From: Candidatus Omnitrophota bacterium
GTDB lineage: Bacteria; Omnitrophota; Gorgyraeia; VGKN01
DNA length: 64,000 nucleotides
Reading direction: 5' to 3'
Assembly (NCBI GenBank): GCA_043800345.1
Contig: JAZDNB010000035.1
Coordinates: 10,430-74,429 of the forward strand
Below, in pieces: positions 26,731 through 36,968 of the stretch. Positions within the stretch are counted from its first letter, which is position 1, and each line of letters starts with the position of its first letter. The position numbers and the translations under genes are program-made. The notes below the pieces were generated by a model that ran no database searches, was not told the origin of the DNA, and saw only the letters and a program-made list of their open reading frames with translations.

Positions 26731-27849
26731 TCATTTTACAAGAGACGAAAGTTTAACAAATTGAATTCCTTCCCTTTCAAACTCGTCCATCGTCTCCTTT
26801 AATACTGAAATGGTAACCGGTCTGTCATGACAGATACCTATTGCAGCACCGTCACGCTTTGCGATATAGACTAAGTGCCTCAATTGTGTTTTTATGTAAT
26901 CGGGGTCTTCTTCATTGTCGATGAATGTCGCTCGTTTTGCAAATCTTATACCGGTTTGCCGGGCAACGTTTTCGCATATGCTCTTCGTAGTGACAAAACT
27001 ATCAAGGAAAAAAAGGTTGCGTTTTTTTAATTCGTCAAAAATTATTTTCATTAACGCCTTATCTTCGGTAGCTTTAGAACCCTGATGGTTTGATATCCCC
27101 TTTATATACGGTACATTTTTTATGCAACTGTCTAGCATGGTGAGTATTTGTTGTTTATCCATGTGCGTAAAAATGGTATCCTTCTCATTTTCCGCATTTT
27201 TATTATGCGGCTCCAGCGGTAAATGCAGAATAATCTCTATATTCCTTGCACTCATCTGTTTTGCTATAGATTGAGAATACTGCAGATTCGGGAGGATTGC
27301 GACGGTCAGAGATTTTCCAATCTGAAACAGGCTATCCAGATTGCGCAAACTATAACCCCAGTCATCGATGACAATGGCAATATACGCGGGGGTATAGGGC
27401 TTTAGTAAAGGGGGTTCCTTATATGATACTTTTTTGGCAGGTATTTTTTGTTTCAGTTTTAAGGAAAAAATCTCGTAACCTTTATATGCAATGGATGCAT
27501 CGAGAACATTTCTGTCAGCTTTAAAATCTATCTGGCTTTTTGTTACATCGCACCTTATCCCCCTTAGCGCAGATTTAAGTCTCGCCTGAAAATTTCTAAG
27601 CGGAAATTTTGACGGGACCGCATATTCTTTATATATGTGTTCGAAGGAAATACGTTTTATTTTGGCTTTATGAGAAATTTCTTGCGTAAGGTATGCTTCG
27701 TTTACGCCTTCCTCTAAAAGGAGTCGGGTGATAGTCTTGTTGATAAGATCCGATTTCTTAGAAAGCGTACGCGATACGTTCATAAATGAAAATATCCACC
27801 ATATACACAGGCACGCAACTATTAAAGTAATAAAAAATTTTAATCGCAC
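26731..27849 (-). CDS. Divergent polysaccharide deacetylase family protein (YibQ-like)
   Basis: 372 aa with an N-terminal TM. Motifs are IAIVIDDWGYS, ILHLPLEP and ISNHQGSKATED. Confidence 0.7.
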   Translation of the reverse strand: MRLKFFITLIVACLCIWWIFSFMNVSRTLSKKSDLINKTITRLLLEEGVNEAYLTQEISHKAKIKRISFEHIYKEYAVPSKFPLRNFQARLKSALRGIRCDVTKSQIDFKADRNVLDASIAYKGYEIFSLKLKQKIPAKKVSYKEPPLLKPYTPAYIAIVIDDWGYSLRNLDSLFQIGKSLTVAILPNLQYSQSIAKQMSARNIEIILHLPLEPHNKNAENEKDTIFTHMDKQQILTMLDSCIKNVPYIKGISNHQGSKATEDKALMKIIFDELKKRNLFFLDSFVTTKSICENVARQTGIRFAKRATFIDNEEDPDYIKTQLRHLVYIAKRDGAAIGICHDRPVTISVLKETMDEFEREGIQFVKLSSLVK

Positions 27850-27888
27850 TGGTTCTGCCTTTTTTAGTTTTTATATTTTTTGCTACCC

Positions 27889-29280
27889 TTACGGCCGGGC
27901 ATCGGTTATACCTTCAACCGGCTTGGCCCTGTTTTTACTTTTAGGTCTTTCTTCTTCAAACTTCTTATAAATTTTAATTCCTTTGATAATATCAAGCGCC
28001 CTTAAGAGCTGGATATCGGTTATTTTTTCGGTTGGTTTTCTTTCTTCTTTTTTAGCTTCCTGTTCGCCTTGAGGTTTTTCTTCTTTGACCTTGCGGTCTT
28101 TTTCTATTTTTTCAAACACATCCTCTGTTTCATCTTTCGACGAGGCTTCTTGTTTAAATTCCTCCTCGTCAATAACCACATCGGGTAGTATACCTTCCCC
28201 GTGGATAGATCTGCCCAGCGGAGTAAAATATTTACTGGTAGTAAGCCTTATAGCAGAACCGTCTCGCAAAGGAATAACGGTCTGAACAGAACCCTTGCCA
28301 AATGTCTTCGTCCCGACGATAATCGCTCGTTTGTGATCCTGAAGGGCGCCCGCGAGTATCTCTGAAGCACTGGCACTGCCATTATTTACCATAACGACAA
28401 GGGGGTACTCCAAAAACGGTCTGGGGTATCTCGCCTTAAACTCCATATTCTGACTCTTTATCCTGCCTTTTGTATAAACAACCATATCCCCGGGTGCTAG
28501 AAACCGTTCGGTAATATCAACCGCAGAATTGAGCAATCCGCCAGGATTATTTCTAAGGTCTATGATAAGACTATCTATCCCCTTTTTTATTAAATTTGTT
28601 AGTGCCGCGTCAAAATCCCTGAGACTATTTTCTCTGAATTCAACCAATCTGATATAGCCGATATTATCCTCAAAAACCTTTGCTTCTTTTATATTCTTTA
28701 ATTTTATAATATCGCGCATAATAGTAAATTCTAAGAGCTCTTTTTCTTTATCCCTAAGAATGGTAAGGCTCACCTTTGTACCGGCTTTACCTCTTAGTTT
28801 TTTGACCGCCTCCGCCAGCGTTATATCCCGCGTAGGCTCCTCGTCAATCTTAACAATCTTATCATTTGGTTTTAAACCCGCCCTATCAGCAGGCGTTGAG
28901 TCTATCGGGGCTATGACGGTAAGCAAATCATCTTTAATACCAATTTCAATTCCTATGCCTCCGAACTCGCCTTCCGTATCAATCTTCATTTCATTATATA
29001 AATCCGGGTCCATAAATTGGCTGTGCTTGTCCAAACTTAAGAGCATACCTTTGAGTGCCCCGTATATCAGGTCTTTCGGCTTAACCTCTTCCACGTAATC
29101 AGACTGAATAGTAGTAATTACATCGGCAAAAAGTTCCAGTTCAGTGTAAAAATCAGCTGGCGAGCTTTTCTTTTGAGTCTCACAGCTTACTGTTTCCGGT
29201 GCAGATACTGCTAAAAGAGCGATGACCATACTAGCCGTTACAACACGGATAAAACCCTGCACGTCTTTAGATATATTCAT
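27889..29280 (-). CDS. ctpA: C-terminal processing peptidase, S41 family
   Basis: 463 aa. It has a signal/anchor, a PDZ region (GGIGIEIG...AGLKPNDKIVKID) and the S41 catalytic region VVMVNNGSASASEILAGALQD...GKGSVQ. The tail is Lys/Glu-rich. Confidence 0.85.
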   Translation of the reverse strand: MNISKDVQGFIRVVTASMVIALLAVSAPETVSCETQKKSSPADFYTELELFADVITTIQSDYVEEVKPKDLIYGALKGMLLSLDKHSQFMDPDLYNEMKIDTEGEFGGIGIEIGIKDDLLTVIAPIDSTPADRAGLKPNDKIVKIDEEPTRDITLAEAVKKLRGKAGTKVSLTILRDKEKELLEFTIMRDIIKLKNIKEAKVFEDNIGYIRLVEFRENSLRDFDAALTNLIKKGIDSLIIDLRNNPGGLLNSAVDITERFLAPGDMVVYTKGRIKSQNMEFKARYPRPFLEYPLVVMVNNGSASASEILAGALQDHKRAIIVGTKTFGKGSVQTVIPLRDGSAIRLTTSKYFTPLGRSIHGEGILPDVVIDEEEFKQEASSKDETEDVFEKIEKDRKVKEEKPQGEQEAKKEERKPTEKITDIQLLRALDIIKGIKIYKKFEEERPKSKNRAKPVEGITDARP

Positions 29281-29306
29281 TACGCCATCCTTTGTACATA
29301 AGGTTA

Positions 29307-30746
29307 TTAAATTTTTTTGAATTTTTTTCCCAGATATTCCCTAAGGAGTTCATTTGTTTTCTGGGGATTAGCCCTGCCTTTTGTTTCTTTCATAACCTGG
29401 CCTACGAGATATATAAAAGCATTCTTTTTACCGTTCATATAGTCCTCTACCACCGACTGATGATCCTTCAGCACCTTTTCTATTACGGTGCCTATATACC
29501 CTTCGTCAAGTATCTGGGTAAGACCCTTTTCGTTTATTATTGACAGCGGTTCTTTCCGGGTCAGGAGCATTTCATTAAAAACCTCTTTGGCAATCTTACC
29601 GCTTATCATATTTGAATCGATCAGTTTTAAAAGCTCAACAAGAGAACCGGGCTCGAGCGCTATCTCGGTTATTGAAAGATTGTGCTCATTTATATACATC
29701 AAAAGTTCGCTCATTATCCAGTTACTTACAACCTTTGGATTGGTATAACCGAGTGCGCATTTCTCAAAGAAACCTGCTAAATGTTTATCTTTGGTAAGCA
29801 CCTCTGCATCGTAGGGAGGCAAATTATACTGCATGATGAAACGCTCTTTTTTTTCCTTCGGAAGCTCAGGTATTGATGCCCTTATGGCATCAATAAGCTC
29901 ATGTGCTACCTTAAAAGGTACAAGATCGGGTTCCGGAAAGTACCGATAATCCTGCGCTTCTTCCTTGGAACGCATCAAGACTGTTTTTTTTGCATCTTCA
30001 TCCCACAACCTGGTTTCCTGTGCCACCTTTTCATTGTTTTGCAGGAGATTTTTTTGCCTCTCCGATTCATAGTGAAGGGCTTCTTTGACAGCCTTAAAAG
30101 AGTTCATATTTTTTAATTCTACTTTATTGCCTAAAGGCTCGCCCGGTATCCTTACTGAAATGTTTGCATCACAGCGTAATGAACCTTCCTCCATATTACA
30201 ATTTGAAACTTCAATGTATTCAAATATAGATTTCAGGCAGGAGAGATATTCATGTGCCTCTTCCGGTGAGTTAATATCCGGTTCGCTTACTATCTCAAGA
30301 AGCGGCATGCCGGAACGGTTATAGTCCACTAAGCTCACGCCGTTTTTTTCATCGTGTATGAGTTTACCCGCATCCTCTTCAATATGCGCCCTTTTAATCC
30401 TTATTTTCTTTTTTCCTTGCGAGACTTCCGCATAACCCGCACTAGCCAACGGCATATCATACTGCGATATCTGATAGTTTTTTGGAAGATCGGGATAGTA
30501 ATAGTTTTTTCTGTCAAATTTCATCATAGTAGCAATCTGGCAATTAAGACTAAGCGCGGCTTTTATGGCACATTCAAATGCCGTTTTATTAAATACGGGC
30601 AGTGACCCCGGAAATCCAAGACAGACCGGACAGGTGTGGGTATTTGGCGGCGCCCCGAATTCAGAACTGCACGCACAAAATGCCTTGGTCCTGGTTAAGA
30701 GCTGCAGGTGTACTTCTAAACCGATTACGACTTCAAGTTCCATCAC
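29307..30746 (-). CDS. gatB: Asp/Glu-tRNA amidotransferase subunit B
   Basis: 479 aa. It has EVVIGLEVHLQL, CPVCLGFPGSLPV and the C-terminal YqeY-like domain. Confidence 0.95.
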   Translation of the reverse strand: MMELEVVIGLEVHLQLLTRTKAFCACSSEFGAPPNTHTCPVCLGFPGSLPVFNKTAFECAIKAALSLNCQIATMMKFDRKNYYYPDLPKNYQISQYDMPLASAGYAEVSQGKKKIRIKRAHIEEDAGKLIHDEKNGVSLVDYNRSGMPLLEIVSEPDINSPEEAHEYLSCLKSIFEYIEVSNCNMEEGSLRCDANISVRIPGEPLGNKVELKNMNSFKAVKEALHYESERQKNLLQNNEKVAQETRLWDEDAKKTVLMRSKEEAQDYRYFPEPDLVPFKVAHELIDAIRASIPELPKEKKERFIMQYNLPPYDAEVLTKDKHLAGFFEKCALGYTNPKVVSNWIMSELLMYINEHNLSITEIALEPGSLVELLKLIDSNMISGKIAKEVFNEMLLTRKEPLSIINEKGLTQILDEGYIGTVIEKVLKDHQSVVEDYMNGKKNAFIYLVGQVMKETKGRANPQKTNELLREYLGKKFKKI

Positions 30747-30795
30747 ATATCCCCGTCACGCAATAATATACTATTTATATTACACACTACAGTGG

Positions 30796-32211
30796 CTAGA
30801 TATTCGGTTTTTTCTTATGAAAATCCGTAGCTTGTTCAAAGGTATACGCTACCCTAAACAAGAGTTCCTCGTCAAACGGTCTTCCGATTATTTGCAGTCC
30901 TATAGGTAAATTTTCGCTGTTAAACCCGCACGGTATCGAAATTGCAGGCAGGCCCGCAAGATTAGCCGGTATGGTAAAAATATCCGATAAATACATCGCA
31001 AGCGGCGTGTTTATTTTTTCTCCCAACTTAAATGCGCACGTAGGCGAGGTGGGTGTAACCAAACAGTCACATAGCTTAAATGCCTCATCAAAATCCTGCT
31101 TGATAAGCGTTCTCACCTTGAGGGCCTTCAGATAATAGGCATCGTAATAACCGCTGCTTAAGGAATAGGTGCCCAGGATTATTCTTCTTTTCGCCTCTTT
31201 TCCAAACCCCTTGCTTCTTGTTTTTTTATAAAGGTCTATTATATTATTGAGGCTTTCTTGCTTTAGTCCATACTGGACCCCGTCAAATCGTGCAAGGTTT
31301 GAACTTGCCTCCGAAGGCGCAATAATATAATACACACTCACCGCATATGCACTATGAGGCAAGCACACTTCTATCGTCTTAGCACCAAGATCTCTAAAGA
31401 GTTCTAAGGCATTAAAAACGGCTTTTTTTACTTCGCTATCAAGACCCTCGATAAAATATTCTTCAGGGATCCCTATCGTCATACCTTTTACGTCCTTTAT
31501 CAAGGATGCTGTATAATCCGGCACATCTATATTCACCGAAGTAGAATCCCGCTCGTCATAGCCTGCTATTACGTTCAAAAGCATGGCAGCATCTTCAACG
31601 CTTTTAGTAAGGGGGCCTATTTGGTCGAGGCTTGAGGCAAAGGCAATAAGTCCAAATCGTGACACACGGCCATAGGTTGGCTTTAAACCAACTACTCCGC
31701 ACAGACTCGCCGGTTGTCTGATGGAGCCGCCGGTATCAGAACCTAATGCAAGAATTGTTTCGTCTGCCGCTATGGCTGCCGCCGAACCGCCGCTTGAACC
31801 GCCGGGAATACGGCTTTTATCCCACGGATTGTAGGTAGGGCCGTAACAGGAAGTTTCGCAGGAAGAACCGAACGCAAATTCATCCATATTTGTTTTTCCA
31901 AGCAAGACCGCACCTTCATTTTTCAATTTCTCAATTACGGTTGCGTCATAAGGACTTTTAAAACCTTCGAGTATTTTCGAGGAGCAGGTAGTAAGTTCAT
32001 CTTTAACACAAATGTTATCTTTTATTGCTACGGGAATACCTGAAAGCTTTCCCGAACCTTTGCCTGCGTTATTTCTATTGATATGCACAAAGGCTTTAAT
32101 GTCGCCATCTACGCTGTCTATCCTGTCGATACAATCCTTTGCTACCTCAGGAATAGAACCCCGTGTTTTGTCTTTTAAAATTTCAGCTGCGGTAAGAAAA
32201 TTTAATTTCAT
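30796..32211 (-). CDS. gatA: Asp/Glu-tRNA amidotransferase subunit A
   Basis: 471 aa. The amidase signature is [13 protein letters not shown]...[12 protein letters not shown]. Confidence 0.95.
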   Translation of the reverse strand: MKLNFLTAAEILKDKTRGSIPEVAKDCIDRIDSVDGDIKAFVHINRNNAGKGSGKLSGIPVAIKDNICVKDELTTCSSKILEGFKSPYDATVIEKLKNEGAVLLGKTNMDEFAFGSSCETSCYGPTYNPWDKSRIPGGSSGGSAAAIAADETILALGSDTGGSIRQPASLCGVVGLKPTYGRVSRFGLIAFASSLDQIGPLTKSVEDAAMLLNVIAGYDERDSTSVNIDVPDYTASLIKDVKGMTIGIPEEYFIEGLDSEVKKAVFNALELFRDLGAKTIEVCLPHSAYAVSVYYIIAPSEASSNLARFDGVQYGLKQESLNNIIDLYKKTRSKGFGKEAKRRIILGTYSLSSGYYDAYYLKALKVRTLIKQDFDEAFKLCDCLVTPTSPTCAFKLGEKINTPLAMYLSDIFTIPANLAGLPAISIPCGFNSENLPIGLQIIGRPFDEELLFRVAYTFEQATDFHKKKPNI

Positions 32212-32227
32212 AATTATCCGTGGGAAA

Positions 32228-32512
32228 CTATACTATTCTCGGTACTTTAAAATAATTATTCTGCCGATGCGGAGCATTTTTAAGGGCTTCCTCCGGACTG
32301 AGAGAATCTTTCAGCGCATCATCCCTGAAGATATTGCTTATCGATACAACATGACTCGTGGGCTCAACATCATCCGTTGTAAGCTTCCGGAGCGTCTGGA
32401 AATAGTTTAAGATATCTTCAAGTTGTACCCGCAGAAGTTCTTCTTCCTCGTTTGAAAGTTCCAATCTTGAAAGATGGCTGATATAGGTAATGACATCCTT
32501 TGAAATTTTCAT
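32228..32512 (-). CDS. gatC: Asp/Glu-tRNA amidotransferase subunit C
   Basis: 94 aa. It has a GatC-like sequence ([17 protein letters not shown]...) and lies directly upstream of gatA-gatB. Confidence 0.85.
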   Translation of the reverse strand: MKISKDVITYISHLSRLELSNEEEELLRVQLEDILNYFQTLRKLTTDDVEPTSHVVSISNIFRDDALKDSLSPEEALKNAPHRQNNYFKVPRIV

Positions 32513-32586
32513 AATACCGCCCCGGTTTATTGCTGTGGTGTTACAACATAAAAATCTTCATAACACTTTATAATATTTCGAGTTAT

Positions 32587-32615
32587 AGATTAACATAGCG
32601 CACTTCTTATGTCAA
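32587..32615 (-). promoter_or_regulatory. Candidate sigma70-type promoter for gatCAB
   Basis: The minus strand reads TTGACA (32615-32610), a 17-nt spacer, then TAATCT (32592-32587). This is about 75 nt upstream of the gatC ATG. Confidence 0.4.
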
Positions 32616-32628
32616 CCCAATAAGATTG

Positions 32629-33642
32629 TCACCTATTGTCTGTCGAATCCCTAATGATCAGTTGTGGGTTAAATAATTTCCTTACAACCAAGCGGGATGT
32701 TTTTTGAAAGGAGATAAGTTCAATTAACCGCAGACAGGCCTGATAAGCTATCTCACCTATAGGCTGATATACCGTGGTCAAAGGCGGGTCAATGTGTTCA
32801 CAGAGCGGATGATTATCATACCCCACGAGCGCAATGTGGGAGGGGATTTTCTTTTTGCTTCTTTTTATTGCCTGTATGGCACCGATGGCCATTTTATCAT
32901 TTGCCGCAAAAATAGCATCCGGAGGGATCTTAAGTGAGAGTAATTTTTCCGTGGCAACCCGACCCTTGTTGCAATCAAAATATCCGAATTGCACATATTT
33001 TTTCCTAAAGGGTATGTGAGCCTCGGCTAATGCCCGTTTATAGCCTTTAAATCTATCATCGGCATTTATCCAATTTTTATGGCCGTGGATAAATGCGATT
33101 CTTTTTCTGCCGTGAGCTATCAAATATGCGGTTGCCGCATATCCCCCCTTTATGTTATCCGTATCAAATGAATTAAACCCTCTGTATGAAGCATTGATAA
33201 GAACGAGCGGTATGCGGTTAGACTTCATTTTATATAGTTCGGGGTAATCGTCTTGAGCACTGGCGGTAATAAGTAATCCTGCAACCAGTCTGCTCTTATA
33301 TAATTTTAAACATTCATCATTATTGTATCTTTCCTGCGCAAACAACATAAGTTGATAACCTTTTTCTTTTACTGCTCGCTCAACCCCCCGGAGCACCTCC
33401 TGGATATAAAATTCCGGTTCTCCCCCAAAGGCACCGCGGGGAAACAATAAACCGATTACATTCGTCCTCTTTGAGGCTAGTACCGAAGCATAAAAATTAG
33501 GGGTATAATTATTTTTTTTTAGACATAAAAGAATCCTCTTGCGCACGGCGGAAGAAACATATCCTTCATTTTTTATTGCTCGCGAGAGTGTCCGGCGGGA
33601 TAAACGTAGTTTCCTTGCAATTTTTTCCAGTGATAACTTCAT
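32629..33642 (-). CDS. LacI-family transcriptional regulator
   Basis: 337 aa. It has an N-terminal HTH (LEKIARKLRLSRRTLSRAIKN) and a periplasmic-binding-protein-like sugar-binding core (VIGLLFP..., VGYDN). It starts 20 nt after the upstream glycosidase-like gene. Confidence 0.85.
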   Translation of the reverse strand: MKLSLEKIARKLRLSRRTLSRAIKNEGYVSSAVRKRILLCLKKNNYTPNFYASVLASKRTNVIGLLFPRGAFGGEPEFYIQEVLRGVERAVKEKGYQLMLFAQERYNNDECLKLYKSRLVAGLLITASAQDDYPELYKMKSNRIPLVLINASYRGFNSFDTDNIKGGYAATAYLIAHGRKRIAFIHGHKNWINADDRFKGYKRALAEAHIPFRKKYVQFGYFDCNKGRVATEKLLSLKIPPDAIFAANDKMAIGAIQAIKRSKKKIPSHIALVGYDNHPLCEHIDPPLTTVYQPIGEIAYQACLRLIELISFQKTSRLVVRKLFNPQLIIRDSTDNR

Positions 33643-33661
33643 TGCGCAGATATCGCTATTA

Positions 33662-36600
33662 TTAATCTTCGGTTACACTGATAGAGTTCCGATAAGGTAA
33701 ACTTCTGAATTCTATCGGTTTCTTACCGGCCTTTTTAAAAGGTATTGTAACTACAAAACCGTCGGGCGGGGTGGCATCTCCCTCTATATTAAGAAGAAGT
33801 TTCCTGTTACGATAACTAATGCTATAACTGATAGTCCCATAATAGGTGGGCAAATTTTTGACCGAGACTTCTTCCCCTCCCTCTAACCATGATGTACTTA
33901 TCCCGTCTGCTAAAATCAGTTTTCCTTCTTTTTCATATACAAAAAGATTTCTTACTGCGGTTATGTATTCCGCTCCGATCCACGTATGGGGCATATCGCC
34001 AACATATTGGCCCAACCTGTAATCACTTATCACGACTTCTGCCCAATGATTCCAACTGCGCGGGCGCATTACGGTGAGGAAGTACCGCAACATCTCCAGG
34101 GCCCTCTCTTTTTGTCCCATCATGAGGAATGCATTAACCGATCTGATCTCGTAAGGAGTAAACGAGCCTTTCCAGTTTTTATTAGACCTCGGAAGAAACG
34201 TTTCAGAGTAGTATTTCTCGAATGTATTACTTATCTGTGGTTTTGGCAAATTCTGGTATTCATCGCAGGGAAATATCGCGATTGCGGTTGAGGTTGGGTC
34301 AAAATCTCCTTTTTCGGCACACCCGGGAATATACCCGATGTGTTTTACTTGCATAACGAGGTTTAATGAATCATATAAACTCTTTTTGAAATCGGCCATC
34401 TCGGTTTTTATCCACTGTAAAGCATTATCCTTTCCCAGTAAAGTTGCAATCGCCTCTGCATCTTTCCACCCCTTCAAGACCCAAAAATCGTCCCAATAAC
34501 TATGCTGCGGGGGAAAATACCCCTCATGACTATTGGACTGCGGAAGTATTCCATAAAAAATCTTCTTTTCTGGTGGGCCGTTTTTAAATTCATCCGATAA
34601 TCTTTGCTTTCTTATCTCAATAAGAAATTGCAAGGCTTTTTCTATATATGGAAATTTTTCTGACAGAAATACCTTATCTTTTGTAAACTTATAGTATTCT
34701 GACAACGCATAAATAAATTCGCCTTGCGAATCATATTCCTTCCAATCTTTGCACCATACGGGCATACCTTCTTTTTCCAATATAAATGGGATCATACCGT
34801 TTGCGTATTGGAGGCGTGATACTAACTCCAAAAAATTTTTTACTTCCTTCTGATGTCCCATTCTCAAAAGTGCCGCCCCGATAACCGCTCCATCGCGCAT
34901 CCATCCGCGCTTATAATTTCTTGAGCCCGGCTGAATCATTTCACCGTCGTTGTTTATGAGTATATAGGCCAAGTTGGCCTTAAGGGTATTTATTATTTCC
35001 GTCTCCGGAATATTAATCTGGACCTTGCTTAGTTTTTCCTCCCAGTAGTCCCTGGTTTTAGCAATGAGATCGTTGAAATATGCAGGCAAGTTTTCGTTTG
35101 CAGAAAGATCAAGTTGGATCTCACCGTGGAGCGGAATAACGTAAAAAAAGTCCATTGCTGGCAGTCCCCGCGGCGGGAGGGTAAAATTATACTCCAGCGC
35201 CCCTGAGGCATATCCCGCTTCGTCATTCACTATTGCATTTTTGGGAAGCTTCCCTTCTCTGATAACATTTATAATATCCCCTTCTGCAAAGGTAACCGCA
35301 CCAAAATTATCGGGTTTTGAGAGCGGTTGCATAAGTATCGTTTTGTTTGCCTTAACGACAGCACCGTCATACTCAAGAGAGCGCAGTTCTGTTAAACCCC
35401 CGAAATGCCAGGGGGGATTCACCTGAAACGGTCTTATGGTCAAATAAAGTTTACCTTTTACCTGTTTTTGAGAGGTATTCTCCAATGTATACCATACAAA
35501 CGTACTGGACTTTCCTCTCTCGCCATATGCACATAACTTCTGAGTGAGCCGTATTCCGTTATATTGCCACGTCACCGTAGGAATAGGAAGGTAACCGTTT
35601 TCCAGAGACTGTGTCACCTTAGAATTCATGGCGGTAATAAATTTACCGTCTATGTACAAATACGGCATTAAAGAACAACTTTTACTATAGGGTTCAATGG
35701 TCCCGTCTTCGCATAAAAGACTTTCTCGCTCATCGCCGTCAACGCCTACCACTGTCCAATAGGCCTGCTTCCTATACACCCATTTCGGAAAATACCCCGC
35801 AGGGGATTCTTCCGCTAACACCTCGTAATATTTTTGAGGGGAGGCAGATTCATCCTGCCCCTTGAGGGTTATCTCTTTGACGCAGTAACGGGAGCCTGAG
35901 GATTGCCTGCAGATTATCTTTAAAAAGCGCACCCTGGTTACCGGAACGTAAAGCAGATCCTTTGCGCCATTACCGTCCTTCTTGGAGTACATTGATTTCC
36001 ACATGATATTATCTAAAGAACCATATACCTCATATGATGTTGCATGGGTGCTTCCCCAATTTATCTGGATACCGCCTATATCCTTCTCTTTTCTTAGGTC
36101 AATCAAAATCCATTCCTCGTTACCTCCGGTACTTATCCACGCGGTATTCATATTACCGTCCATGACAGGCTCGGCATCTTTATGTTTCCGACTTGAAGAT
36201 ACGGTTATAGCAGGTTGTTCATCCGCTCCTTTTACCTTAATTTCCCATAAGGAATACCCCCAGGCGGTTGAGCGTTTTTTACATAAAATTTTAATGTACC
36301 GAACGGTCGACTTTTTAAAATAAATATCATCCGTCTTCCCGTCGCTATCATCTGTTGCGTATACAGTTTTAAACGTACGTGCGTCATTCGATAACAAAAT
36401 TTCATACGACTGGGCAAAAGCCTGTTCCCAATGTAACGTTAGGCCCGATATCGCGCTGGGGCTTCCCAAATCAAGCAGCACCCATTGAGGATCCGAAAAC
36501 TCACTTGACCACCGGGTATTTATCTTATCGTCAATCAAATAGTCGGAGTGATACGAATCATTTTCCAGGGAAGATACGGAAACTCTTATTGCGGTTGCAA

Positions 36601-36727
36601 GGCCGGGAAATGATAAAAGGAAAGTTGCTAGCAAAACTAAATGGAACACCCCACGGGCAAGCCCGTGGTACCTAAATTTACCCCGACTCGTAAGATATGC
36701 AGAAATTCTCTTCGATAATTTCTGCAT
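33662..36727 (-). CDS. Secreted protein with two F5/8 type C (discoidin) domains and a C-terminal six-hairpin (GH15-like) glycosidase-like domain
   Basis: The probable start is ATG 36727, giving MQKLSKRISAYLTSRGKFRYHGLARGVFHLVLLATFLLSFPGLATA (signal peptide). The track ORF extends to GTG 36871. Discoidin patterns are IDDKINTRWSS...WVLLDLG and MDGNMNTAWIS...WILIDL. The (alpha/alpha)6-like region is NYKRGWMRDGAVIGAALLRMG. Confidence 0.6.
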   Translation of the reverse strand: MQKLSKRISAYLTSRGKFRYHGLARGVFHLVLLATFLLSFPGLATAIRVSVSSLENDSYHSDYLIDDKINTRWSSEFSDPQWVLLDLGSPSAISGLTLHWEQAFAQSYEILLSNDARTFKTVYATDDSDGKTDDIYFKKSTVRYIKILCKKRSTAWGYSLWEIKVKGADEQPAITVSSSRKHKDAEPVMDGNMNTAWISTGGNEEWILIDLRKEKDIGGIQINWGSTHATSYEVYGSLDNIMWKSMYSKKDGNGAKDLLYVPVTRVRFLKIICRQSSGSRYCVKEITLKGQDESASPQKYYEVLAEESPAGYFPKWVYRKQAYWTVVGVDGDERESLLCEDGTIEPYSKSCSLMPYLYIDGKFITAMNSKVTQSLENGYLPIPTVTWQYNGIRLTQKLCAYGERGKSSTFVWYTLENTSQKQVKGKLYLTIRPFQVNPPWHFGGLTELRSLEYDGAVVKANKTILMQPLSKPDNFGAVTFAEGDIINVIREGKLPKNAIVNDEAGYASGALEYNFTLPPRGLPAMDFFYVIPLHGEIQLDLSANENLPAYFNDLIAKTRDYWEEKLSKVQINIPETEIINTLKANLAYILINNDGEMIQPGSRNYKRGWMRDGAVIGAALLRMGHQKEVKNFLELVSRLQYANGMIPFILEKEGMPVWCKDWKEYDSQGEFIYALSEYYKFTKDKVFLSEKFPYIEKALQFLIEIRKQRLSDEFKNGPPEKKIFYGILPQSNSHEGYFPPQHSYWDDFWVLKGWKDAEAIATLLGKDNALQWIKTEMADFKKSLYDSLNLVMQVKHIGYIPGCAEKGDFDPTSTAIAIFPCDEYQNLPKPQISNTFEKYYSETFLPRSNKNWKGSFTPYEIRSVNAFLMMGQKERALEMLRYFLTVMRPRSWNHWAEVVISDYRLGQYVGDMPHTWIGAEYITAVRNLFVYEKEGKLILADGISTSWLEGGEEVSVKNLPTYYGTISYSISYRNRKLLLNIEGDATPPDGFVVTIPFKKAGKKPIEFRSLPYRNSISVTED

Positions 36728-36810
36728 ACTCGTAGGGGTTATCCCCCTACTTTGTGAACAGCTTGCCCATTTAGTGACATCCCCCGAAGCAGTTTTTTCT
36801 TCGCATTCAT

Positions 36811-36828
36811 CCGCGTGCATGCACGCGG
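36811..36828. promoter_or_regulatory. Perfect 18-bp palindrome CCGCGTGCATGCACGCGG in the 5' leader of the glycosidase-like gene (candidate auxiliary operator or RNA hairpin)
   Basis: Read directly from the sequence. It is GC-rich in an AT-rich context and lies about 45 nt downstream of the predicted TSS. Confidence 0.4.
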
Positions 36829-36864
36829 TCTTCTGCGAAGGGGGATAAAATATGCGTATTTTTG

Positions 36865-36878
36865 TGCCCACGTGGGCA
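36865..36878. promoter_or_regulatory. Perfect 14-bp palindrome TGCCCACGTGGGCA abutting the -10 box (candidate LacI-family operator)
   Basis: Read directly from the sequence. It has the central CG typical of LacI-family operators and covers the predicted transcription start. Confidence 0.45.
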
Positions 36879-36906
36879 TATTACAACAAACCTTATATGT
36901 TGTCAA
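36878..36906 (-). promoter_or_regulatory. Candidate sigma70-type promoter of the glycosidase-like/lacI operon
   Basis: The minus strand reads TTGACA (36906-36901), a 17-nt spacer, then TAATAT (36883-36878). Confidence 0.5.
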
Positions 36907-36968
36907 GGACTTTTATAATAAAGTGGTATACATCAACTTCTTTATAATCACGGGGGGTTATTATGTTT

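Noticed and set aside
36728-36871. 48-codon N-terminal extension of the glycosidase-like ORF, starting at GTG 36871
   Set aside because: The GTG lies inside the operator-like palindrome at the predicted TSS, and the extension has no signal or domain character. ATG 36727 yields a textbook signal peptide. The region is treated as 5' leader.
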